From Phycisphaerae bacterium (GTDB lineage: Bacteria > Planctomycetota > Phycisphaerae > Sedimentisphaerales > UBA12454), in assembly GCA_041652575.1 (NCBI GenBank), contig JBAZHC010000006.1, positions 79,963 through 143,962 of the forward strand: 64,000 nucleotides of DNA. Direction: 5' to 3'. The notes beneath the pieces were generated by a model. The model worked only from the letters and a program-made list of their open reading frames with translations. It ran no database searches and had not been told where the DNA came from. How positions within the stretch are numbered: position 1 is the stretch's first letter; each line of letters starts with the position of its first letter. A program made the position numbers and the translations under genes. This document shows, piece after piece, positions 10,600 through 18,548 of this stretch.

Positions 10600-11215
10600 T
10601 ATCGGTCAGCCTTCGAAGCGAAGCGTCGACGCTGAGCGGAGACCCACGAGTTATTTAGTGCGTGGTTAGCCCTGCCAACACCTTGGCAGGGTTCGTCTTC
10701 CGGCGGCCGTCATTGCCAGTCTCGCCTTTGGCGGACGAAGCAATCTCATCTTGTCATTCCCGCGCAGGAATGTCACCCCCGCGCAGGCGGGAGTAGGAAT
10801 CCACGTTTTTATTTAGCCGCCGCCGCTCGAGGCGGCGTGGTTGGCGGTTAGCCCCATCATTACTATGATGGGGTTCGTTATTATGGCGGGTTTCTCTCCC
10901 ACCTTTGGGGGGTGTCATTCTTACTTGAAGATTCTTCTTTGAAGAGACGGGGGGATTGGGGGTTATTTTAAATTATTTTCCCGTGTTTAGCCCCCGGACC
11001 TGCCTGTCCGTCCGTAGATTTATCGAAGGCGGGTGCCGGGGGTTAACCCTGCCAATATTTGGCAGGGTTCCTCTTTTCCTGAAGCCCCCAACTTTATGTT
11101 AGGGGTTCGTTGTCATTCCCGCAAAGGCGGGAATCCACGTTTTTGTTTAGCCGCCGTCGCTCGAGGCGGCGTGGTTAGCCCTGCCAACATTTGGCAGGGT
11201 TCGTCTCGTGAAATG
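10600..11215. repeat. mosaic of at least three REP-like repeat modules
   Basis: Module A: hairpin ggttagccctgccaaNNNNttggcagggttc at about 10663, 11038 and 11171, with a variant at 10849. Module B: agcccccggacctgcctgtccgtccgtagatttatcgaaggcgggtgccgggg at 10988-11040. Module C: gtcattcccgcNNNgcgggaatccacgtttttRtttagccgccgYcgctcgaggcggcgtggtt at 10753-10850 and 11112-11176. Confidence 0.8.
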
Positions 11216-11350
11216 CGATAGTTTACCCTGTGGGATAATAATCCCACGGAACATATTAGGCTTTCTTTCATGGAGAACCCCGGACTACTTCAAACGACTA
11301 CAACTCCATCCCATCAGGGCATCTCTATCCGGCATAGCATCCGGAATCTT

Positions 11351-11563
11351 TCAACGCACTTGGATACATGTAAATCGATCTTTGATGTGGGTATTCATGT
11401 ATCTACCCTTTGATGAAGCATTTAATAATCCCTCATATTCATACTCCGACACGCCAGAGTACTGGTAAATGCTCCCAGAATTGAATTCTACTTCTAATAT
11501 CCTTTTATCCGTATCATAACCAATTGAACGAATATTACTTGATTGTACTGAAATTCTATTCAT
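11351..11563 (-). CDS. stand-alone KTSC-domain protein
   Basis: 70 aa. SSNIRSIGYD..ILEVEFNSGSIYQYSGVSEYEYEGLLNASSKGRY matches the KTSC domain pattern end to end. Confidence 0.8.
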   Translation of the reverse strand: MNRISVQSSNIRSIGYDTDKRILEVEFNSGSIYQYSGVSEYEYEGLLNASSKGRYMNTHIKDRFTCIQVR

Positions 11564-11584
11564 TGCGGTTCCCTCTCTAAAAAG

Positions 11585-13687
11585 TTAAATCTTTCCTCCA
11601 TTTCCGGCCTTTTGAGCATATTGAGAGATCCGGCCACATAAATCTATTAGTATTGGCGATTGCTTTTTCTTTTCATGTAACTTTTCAAGCGTTGCAGCAA
11701 TCACCATACCATTCTTCTTCTTTGTTTTTACCTCTTCAAATCCATATTCTTTTACTATTACATCTTGTGCTTCCTGCCACTCCATCCCCTCAAAACTTCT
11801 TTCTACTTCTGTCCCGATAGAGTCCTTCCACATAATAATATTATTTCCTCGTATCGTTTCGCATTTCCCTGTATCCTCTATCTGTAAGCCGCATAAACTT
11901 GCTATAGCTTTATTTATTTCCTTTTGCTTGTTTAGTCCTTCTTTCGCGCCCTTAATTTTGTCTGCCCTACCTGAATCCCCTTCGGGAAGTTTTTCTGCTT
12001 GTTCAATCCTCTCAATACAGCTTTCTATGTCTGAGTCGCAAATGACAAAAGTTGGTATGTCAAATTCCTGTGCTATCGCCACAAGCCGTGGCATATTGTT
12101 TTTTCCACCTGCTACAATAAAATGGCATCCATTCCGCCTAAAGCTTTTCCACTCTCCAGTTAAATTTAAATGTGTTGCAATAAACGCCACATCTTCTTCT
12201 CCCTCTACCAAAACTACCACCGGAGAAAAAAATATCTCCTTTTGGGATGTCTGCATAATTTGTCCCACTGTTGCCATAAGACTCGTGGGCGACTGAGCTT
12301 CCTTGCCAAATGCTTTTGTAATTCTTTTTTGTACTTTCTCATAATTCGCTGATTTAACTACGGAGCAAGGTTTTTTACCATATTTACGAAACATTCTTAT
12401 ATTTTTAAATCCTTTGCTGGATACGAAATACGGACTGTGACTCGTAACGATAACTTGAGAATTATTACCTGGTTCTGCTAATCTTTCTAACACGCTTTGC
12501 ATATGTTGTGCCTGTGGCGGGTGTTGATAAAGTTCGGGTTCTTCAAATCCAAGAAGTAATTTAGAACCTCCCTTTTGTTCCGTTGCAACAAGTTCTTTCA
12601 AAATTGCTACAATAAAACCTCTTTGCATTCCATGTCCCATTCTTGAAATACCTTGATCGATAAAGGCATCTTCCCCTACTTTAGCTTTTGCAATCGGCCC
12701 TTTAACTCTTATAGGCTCACCATGCCACTCAAGCTCTAAATTTGCACGTGGATTAGTCCACTCCCTTAAACTGTCTTGTATAGACAAACCCAGCTCTTTT
12801 AAAGCACCTTTTTCTTTCTCGAGAATCTCATTATATCTATTTTCTATTTGTGACTCTAATTCGTCAATGTCACTTTTAAAATTGATCTTTGCCCTAACTG
12901 TTCTTTGTAGTAATTGTCCTAACGCTGTCTTGCTCCCTTCTTCTTGTTCACTTGAGGCATCTTTAACGGCTGGAATATAAACCCACTGAACTAAATCAGC
13001 AAGTCTATACAACCCTCCTGTAAATCCATAACATTGACACTCTGCATCTTCCATGCTGCATTCCGCTGATCTCTCATTTTCATATTTATGCAAAGCATCT
13101 TGCATTGTTGTTCCAGTAGTTGCTTTGGGTAATTCGGAAAATTTTTCACGTAATTCATTGTAAATCTTAGATAATTCGGCTACTTTAGCATCATCTTCTT
13201 TTGCTTTAAAATAAGACTTGAAATCTTTCATTACTAATCGAGAACCATATTGTTTGACAGGTGCCCTCTCAATCGTTTCATCCCATTCAGCTTTTGCAAA
13301 TAAAACCAATTTATCTTGTCGAGCATATAGCTTAATCAACTCTTTTGCTTGTGTTGAAATTAAAGGATCATCTTCATTCGGCAAGTCTTCAAATGTTAGA
13401 GTTATTTTCACAGGTTGTTGAACGTTTCCGTGATGAAAATCTTCTTTTGTTAGATTCAATACGTCAGTTACTGTCGAATCATTGTTTCTAAAAAAAACAT
13501 TAAGCGCCATCAACACAGCGGATTTCCCAGAGCCGTTAGGACCGACTAGGCATGTATAATCATCGAAATTAATAGTCTGATCTTTAAAAGATCTGAAATT
13601 TTCAATTCTTAACTCCGATAGTTTCATTTTATCCTCTATTATATTTTTAAATTTTACTTTGTCATTTTGCTTTTTAATTTTTGACAT
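11585..13687 (-). CDS. OLD-family ATPase-TOPRIM nuclease (putative anti-phage defence protein)
   Basis: 700 aa. Walker A GPNGSGKS, Walker B/D-loop LLLGFEEPELYQHP, H-loop VTSHSPYF. C-terminal TOPRIM: VVLVEGEEDVAF and FVICDSDIE. Confidence 0.8.
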   Translation of the reverse strand: MSKIKKQNDKVKFKNIIEDKMKLSELRIENFRSFKDQTINFDDYTCLVGPNGSGKSAVLMALNVFFRNNDSTVTDVLNLTKEDFHHGNVQQPVKITLTFEDLPNEDDPLISTQAKELIKLYARQDKLVLFAKAEWDETIERAPVKQYGSRLVMKDFKSYFKAKEDDAKVAELSKIYNELREKFSELPKATTGTTMQDALHKYENERSAECSMEDAECQCYGFTGGLYRLADLVQWVYIPAVKDASSEQEEGSKTALGQLLQRTVRAKINFKSDIDELESQIENRYNEILEKEKGALKELGLSIQDSLREWTNPRANLELEWHGEPIRVKGPIAKAKVGEDAFIDQGISRMGHGMQRGFIVAILKELVATEQKGGSKLLLGFEEPELYQHPPQAQHMQSVLERLAEPGNNSQVIVTSHSPYFVSSKGFKNIRMFRKYGKKPCSVVKSANYEKVQKRITKAFGKEAQSPTSLMATVGQIMQTSQKEIFFSPVVVLVEGEEDVAFIATHLNLTGEWKSFRRNGCHFIVAGGKNNMPRLVAIAQEFDIPTFVICDSDIESCIERIEQAEKLPEGDSGRADKIKGAKEGLNKQKEINKAIASLCGLQIEDTGKCETIRGNNIIMWKDSIGTEVERSFEGMEWQEAQDVIVKEYGFEEVKTKKKNGMVIAATLEKLHEKKKQSPILIDLCGRISQYAQKAGNGGKI

Positions 13688-13924
13688 TTGATTTACCGCT
13701 GTTGTAATTCCTCGATGTTTTTCCGCCGTTCAGCGATTCGTTTTTTCTCTTCTGTCTCTTGCTTGTCGCGGCGTAGTTCTTAACGAAGTCGGATGTTTAC
13801 GTAATTATTAAAAATCAAAGTAATCTGTGTAACTTGTGGCATAGCTATCAGCGATGAAACAAAATTCTATCTCTTTTCCCCCTAAAACTCAACGAAAAAT
13901 ATTTAGCAATATTAGCAGTGTGAA

Positions 13925-13990
13925 TCCGTGTCGTTCCGTGTCTAAAAAAACCTGTGTCCTCTGCTGAAGCGTCGGAACGAAGTGTCGGAG
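13925..13990. repeat. dispersed intergenic repeat (tccgtgtctaaaaa..ctgtg..ctctgctgaagcg family)
   Basis: Related copies at 52396-52470 and, rearranged, at 61375-61470. Confidence 0.5.
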
Positions 13991-14040
13991 CTGCAGCGCA
14001 GACCCCAGCGCTTAGTTTTGCCCGTGACAAAACTGCAGGG

Positions 14041-14151
14041 GTAGACCCCCGTATTTAAATATCGGTTAGCCCCCGGACCTGCCTGTCCGTCCGTAGATTT
14101 ATCGAAGGCGGGTGCCGGGGGGTTAGCCCTGCCAATACCTTGGCAGGGTTC
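14041..14151. repeat. left arm of a perfect 111-bp inverted repeat (modules B+A)
   Basis: gtagacccccgtatttaaatatcggttagcccccggacc...ccctgccaataccttggcagggttc is the exact reverse complement of 17100-17210. Confidence 0.9.
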
Positions 14152-14242
14152 ATCATATATTTAGCGCCTCTGCGGTCCCTGTGACTTTGCCTGCCCGTTC
14201 GTAGCCCCTGCCCTGCATAGCACGTAGTGCGGCGTAGGGTTG

Positions 14243-14312
14243 GCGAAGACGGGTGGTAAAATTAATTTTGTCTTTCGTGTTTCTTCCGTCCTTCGTGGTA
14301 AGAAACCGCATC
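14243..14312. repeat. about 65-bp dispersed repeat (ggtggtRaaattaaNtttt..cttcgtgYttcttcc..ccttcgtggt)
   Basis: Copies at 14243-14312 (+), 52470-52537 (+) and 55622-55695 (reverse complement). Confidence 0.6.
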
Positions 14313-14492
14313 TATCTCAAAATTTGCATAAAATGGCTGTTTTTTACCCCAATCCAGTCGAAAAAACCTAGTTTCGGACTTATTTCTTGATACTCTCGCC
14401 CAAAAATTGTTAAATATCTCCTATCTGTGGAACTTGTCCGCCCTCCGGCGGGTTGGAAATTGGAATTGTGTACTTTAAATAAAGGGTAAAAA

Positions 14493-15122
14493 ATGGCAGA
14501 TCTGAAAGCGTTAAGCGAAGCTGTAATTAAAGGCGACCAGAACAAGGCTCTCGAAATCACAAAAGCCGCTATCGGCGAAGGCATGGCACCGGCTACCATT
14601 CTCAACGATGGTCTCATCGCCGGCATGAACATAATTGGCGTACGTTTCAAGAACAATGAAGTTTACATTCCTGAGGTTCTCATTGCCGCTCGTGCGATGA
14701 AGACTGCTATGGAAGTCCTTGAACCGAAGCTCGTTGAAGCAGGCGTTAAGCCTTTGGCTAAAGCCGCGATAGGCACTGTACAGGGCGATTTGCACGATAT
14801 AGGCAAGAACCTTGTTGTTATGATGCTTAAGGGTGCTGGTTTTGAGGTAGTTGACCTTGGCGTTGACGTCAGCGACAAAAAGTTTGTGGAAAAGGTAAAA
14901 GAGACGAATCCGAAAGTTGTCGGCATGAGTGCTCTTTTGACTACTACTATGCCTTCGATGGAAAAGACGATTAAGGCTCTTAAGGAAGCCGGCCTTACTG
15001 TAAAGACAATGATTGGCGGCGCTCCCGTCACCCAGGCCTACGCCGACAAAATCGGCGCGGACGGATATGCCCCAGACGCGGCATCGGCGGTTGACGTTGC
15101 GAAATCGCTGCTCAGTAAATAA
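14493..15122 (+). CDS. cobalamin-binding corrinoid protein (MtaC/MtbC/MttC-like)
   Basis: 209 aa. N-terminal helical cap, then the B12-binding domain with DxHxxG (GDLHDIGKNLV), SxL (MSALLTTT) and GG (MIGGAP) motifs. Confidence 0.85.
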   Translation: MADLKALSEAVIKGDQNKALEITKAAIGEGMAPATILNDGLIAGMNIIGVRFKNNEVYIPEVLIAARAMKTAMEVLEPKLVEAGVKPLAKAAIGTVQGDLHDIGKNLVVMMLKGAGFEVVDLGVDVSDKKFVEKVKETNPKVVGMSALLTTTMPSMEKTIKALKEAGLTVKTMIGGAPVTQAYADKIGADGYAPDAASAVDVAKSLLSK

Positions 15123-15146
15123 ATAATATTTTTAGCATACCAATGA

Positions 15147-15176
15147 AAACGGCACCGTGAAGGTGCCGTTTTTTTT
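15147..15176 (+). terminator. rho-independent terminator after the corrinoid gene
   Basis: acggcacc-gtga-aggtgccgt followed by a T8 run. Confidence 0.75.
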
Positions 15177-15287
15177 ATGGCATATCAAAAATAATACAGA
15201 CAGATATTACAGCTTATACTATCACGTTTTTTTATACAAATCCCCCAATAAGACACATGGACAAATGGTAAAATTAGCCCTAAAGGC

Positions 15288-15317
15288 TTGACTTTCGCAA
15301 GTTGTTTAGGATAAAAT
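15288..15317 (+). promoter_or_regulatory. sigma-70-like promoter (TTGACT-N18-TAAAAT) ending 6 nt before the ATG
   Basis: Hexamers read directly. The spacing implies a leaderless or near-leaderless mRNA if 15324 is the true start. Confidence 0.4.
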
Positions 15318-15323
15318 ACTTAT

Positions 15324-17006
15324 ATGCAGAAAATTAAAAATGTTATACTTGCGCAACTCCTTATGGAGACAAGATTTGGGCCGAAAGCCGAGCAACTTAA
15401 ACAGCTCGAATCGGCCGAAGAGCTTTACAAAATAATCTCGCCAAGTCAGGACTATCCATTCGAATTCGTCTGCTTCAGGATTACAGGCTATCGGCCAAAA
15501 GAACAGAGCAGAACGCAAATGATACCCGGCAAAGAACTTCTCGAAAGCCTGCCGGGGTATATCGCAAAGGCAAGCGCAAGACTGCACCTGAAAGCAGAAC
15601 AGCAGGACGAGAAAATTTATTCGCTGGACGAACTGGCGAAAAAATTCAATATCTCAATCAGAACTCTCGAACGCTGGCAGAAAAGAGGACTTCTCGGCAG
15701 AAAATATATCTTCCCCGAGGGCAGTTTGAAAACAGGTTTTACCGAATCGGCCATCAATGAATTCGCAAAAGCAAACCAGGAGCTTATTCAAAACGCCTCG
15801 AAATTCAGCACTATCGAGCCGCACTTGAAAAATGAAATTGCCAAACGAGCCGGCCAGCTTGCCCAGGACCAGAGCCTCAGCAGGACAGCGGTAATAAAAA
15901 AAGTCGCCGCCGAGTTCGGCAGAGCCGCTGAGACGATAAGACTCATTCTCATCGAACGTGAAAAAAATCAGAAAAAACCTGTCTTCCAAAACCGCCACGC
16001 CCCGATAGGCACGGCTCAGGCCGTGACGATTTTCAATATGTATCAGGACGGCGCGACCGTTCAGGATATCGCCGAAAAATTCGGACGAAGCACCAGCTCC
16101 ATTTACCGCATTATAACCCAAAAGAGAATCAAAAAACTTCTGGCGGTAAAAATTGAATATATCCCCAGCGATGAATTCCTCCGGCCGGACGCGCAAAAAC
16201 AAATCCTTTTAGACCAGCCTTACATTCGCAGAACGCCGCGAAGGATTATTTCCGAGCCGGACGGCAGAATAAACCAGAAGGACTGGCAGCAATTTATCGA
16301 AACCGTTAAAAAAATTCCGATGCTCAACCGCGAGCAGGAAGTGCAGTTATTCAGGCGCTACAATTTTTTGAAATATCTCTCGGCCGATACGATAAGCAAA
16401 CTGAGCCTCCACAGTCCGTGCGGCAGAACCGCGTATCAGGCACAGGAACTGCTTAACGAAGCCGGACAGTTGAAAAATATAATCATCGAAGCCAATCTGA
16501 AACTCGTTGTCAAAATCGCCGGCAGGCATTCGACCGGCGCAAACCTGCAGGACCTCGTCAGTGAAGGCAATATGGCGCTGATGCGGGCGGTTGAAAAATT
16601 CGACTATATGAAAGGATTTCGGTTCAGCACATACGCATCGTGGGTTATTTCCCGCGCCTTCGCCCGTTATCTTCCCGCACAGGCACGCATGAGCGCAGGC
16701 GCCGAGCAATCCGCCGATGAATCGCAGCAGGCGGCCGCCCAAACAAGCGGAATCGAAGACATCGAAACGGCACACAGCAGCCTTATGCAGGTTATCGATG
16801 AAAATCTTACCGAACGGGAACGATACGTTATTCGCTACCATTTCGGCCTGAGCGGGACGATAGTCAAAAAAGATTTCAAAACGTTAAAACAAATCGGCGA
16901 AGATTTGGGCGTAACAAAAGAACGTGTCCGGCAGATTGAACTTGAGTCGCTCCAGAAATTAAGACAAACTCTCAGTCCGGAAGAATTCGAATTGCTGACG
17001 AGATAA
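15324..17006 (+). CDS. sigma-70 family RNA polymerase sigma factor with an approximately 330-aa N-terminal extension
   Basis: 560 aa. Region 2 DLVSEGNMALMRAVEKFDYMKGFRFSTYASWVI; region 4 LTERERYVIRYHFG..TLKQIGEDLGVTKERVRQIE. The N-terminal part has two HTH-like segments (ELAKKFNISIRTLERW; VQDIAEKFGRSTSSIYRI). Confidence 0.85.
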   Translation: MQKIKNVILAQLLMETRFGPKAEQLKQLESAEELYKIISPSQDYPFEFVCFRITGYRPKEQSRTQMIPGKELLESLPGYIAKASARLHLKAEQQDEKIYSLDELAKKFNISIRTLERWQKRGLLGRKYIFPEGSLKTGFTESAINEFAKANQELIQNASKFSTIEPHLKNEIAKRAGQLAQDQSLSRTAVIKKVAAEFGRAAETIRLILIEREKNQKKPVFQNRHAPIGTAQAVTIFNMYQDGATVQDIAEKFGRSTSSIYRIITQKRIKKLLAVKIEYIPSDEFLRPDAQKQILLDQPYIRRTPRRIISEPDGRINQKDWQQFIETVKKIPMLNREQEVQLFRRYNFLKYLSADTISKLSLHSPCGRTAYQAQELLNEAGQLKNIIIEANLKLVVKIAGRHSTGANLQDLVSEGNMALMRAVEKFDYMKGFRFSTYASWVISRAFARYLPAQARMSAGAEQSADESQQAAAQTSGIEDIETAHSSLMQVIDENLTERERYVIRYHFGLSGTIVKKDFKTLKQIGEDLGVTKERVRQIELESLQKLRQTLSPEEFELLTR

Positions 17007-17099
17007 AAACCCCCAATATAAAATTGGGGGCTTAAGGATTACCCGGCCCCCGCAATTTTGCTTCGAAGTGCAAAATTCAAATGTTCAAAACTCGACGAC

Positions 17100-17210
17100 G
17101 AACCCTGCCAAGGTATTGGCAGGGCTAACCCCCCGGCACCCGCCTTCGATAAATCTACGGACGGACAGGCAGGTCCGGGGGCTAACCGATATTTAAATAC
17201 GGGGGTCTAC
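17100..17210. repeat. right arm of the perfect 111-bp inverted repeat
   Basis: Exact reverse complement of 14041-14151. It overlaps the last 29 nt, including the stop codon, of the HNH-AP2 ORF. Confidence 0.9.
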
Positions 17211-17829
17211 ACTTCGTTCGCAATGACCCCTCATTAACATTCGGGGCTCTGTTAGAATCCTCAGGAAAGTTCAAGACAGCAAAATCTTTGTGATATTTTT
17301 TCGCGGCCTCGTCATAAGCCCTTGCGGCGTCATCTTCGTTTTTGAAATAGCCGAGAAATTTGGTAGTACCGTTGTAAACTATTCGGGCGTAGAATTTTTT
17401 TCTGCTTTTTATAAAAGCGACGCCCTTGTATTTTGAGCTTTTGGGTTTGCTTGTTTTTCTGCTGCACCTGCTATTTTCAGCAAGGGTTACAATCTGCAGA
17501 TTTTGTTTTGTGTTGTTAAGGCCGTTGGCGTCTTTGTGATGGACGACTTTGCCGGCAGGAGCATTTGTGATTTCTCTGTGCATATAGATAATTTTCCCGA
17601 TACCCATCCTGGCGGCATAGAAATTATCCGTTTTGCCCTGATAAAACTGCCAATCCTCCTTCGCCAGTTTTTCATAATCGTCGGGGTCAACGATTGCGTG
17701 TTTTCCATTTGTAAGTTTTATTTTTCGAAAGGCGATGCCGTACTTTTTCTTTCGATAGCACAGGAGAAAATAAACACATATACTTTCGAGAAATGTTGGA
17801 TAAGGAATGGGAAGATATAGTTTTGGCAT
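17182..17829 (-). CDS. HNH endonuclease fused to an AP2/ERF DNA-binding domain (homing-endonuclease-like)
   Basis: 215 aa. HNH_3-type VVHHKDANGLNNTKQNLQIVTLAENS, followed by AP2 YKGVAF..KKFYARIVYNGTTKFLGYFKNEDDAARAYDEAAKKYH. Confidence 0.8.
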   Translation of the reverse strand: MPKLYLPIPYPTFLESICVYFLLCYRKKKYGIAFRKIKLTNGKHAIVDPDDYEKLAKEDWQFYQGKTDNFYAARMGIGKIIYMHREITNAPAGKVVHHKDANGLNNTKQNLQIVTLAENSRCSRKTSKPKSSKYKGVAFIKSRKKFYARIVYNGTTKFLGYFKNEDDAARAYDEAAKKYHKDFAVLNFPEDSNRAPNVNEGSLRTKCRPPYLNIG

Positions 17830-18077
17830 AAATTCTTTCGATTAAATAAGATTATATGACCGCTCTCTCACGGTCGCGGCTCTGCCCCCCGGCACAGGTC
17901 CGGGGGCTAAACAACGCCTCTCCGTATTACCTGAAAACTTGCGCGGTTTTGACGAGTTTTTGAGGGGAATTTTTTGGGCGAAAATCGTAAATGCTTGTGA
18001 TAGTTGGAGTTAAAAATTTTGGAAAAATCTTATTTTTCACATTTGCGCAATTTTTTTATTGCGCGCTTTTGACTATG

Positions 18078-18190
18078 TCGCCACAGAGGATATAAAAAGT
18101 ATATTTTTAGCCACAGAGTACACCTGCCTTCGCTCAAAGCTACGGCAAGGCAGGCAGAGAACACAGAGATATTTTAAAAATGCAGCCACT
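18078..18190. repeat. dispersed 'ccacagag / cacagag' intergenic repeat
   Basis: gccacagag..gccacagagtacacctgccttcgctcaaagctacggcaaggcaggcagagaacacagag. Related in reverse complement to 52420-52480 and to 55550-55600. Confidence 0.5.
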
Positions 18191-18548
18191 TTAAACTGCG
18201 GATTTTTTTAAAAAAATCGGGGTTTGTTTTGCCAGATGGTTGCGGACAAAATCCTTTGTCTTCTCAGGAAAACAGGGGTATAATTTGTCAGGATAGCGAG
18301 GACAGCTAATTTTAATAATTAGGCATAGTCGCCTATTTTTCTCTCACACCGCCAATAACACGGTTTGTCGCAACTGAATATAATCTGCCTTTGGGGTTTG
18401 TATTTACGCGGCAGGCGACGAACTTTTTGCACCACGAAGGACAGAAGAATCACGAAGAAAAAATTATATAATATAAAAAAAGTTTCGTGTCTTAGTGCCT
18501 TTGTGGCTATCGAAAAACTTGTCCGTTCTGCTGACAGAGAACAGGCGG

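Noticed and set aside
10600-11215. Possible CRISPR array, suggested by the recurring palindromic units
   Set aside because: The units belong to three different sequence families, are irregularly spaced, occur in mixed order and recur singly elsewhere, including inside a CDS. No cas genes are present. This is REP/MITE-like, not CRISPR.
11033-11468. ORFs 11033-11221 and 11208-11468, and likewise 13848-14030, 14312-14656 and 18365-18604
   Set aside because: They are read straight through REP-like repeat modules or promoter regions. They have no start context and no recognisable motif. Part of 11208-11468 is antisense to the KTSC gene.
14312-14492. Cobalamin riboswitch upstream of the corrinoid-protein gene
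   Set aside because: I could not find the conserved B12-box or the characteristic multi-stem core in the 180-nt leader. Only a covariance-model scan could settle this.
17010-17030. Hairpin cccccaat-ataaa-attggggg after the sigma-factor gene as an intrinsic terminator
   Set aside because: A stable stem is present but no U-tract follows, so I did not call it as a terminator.
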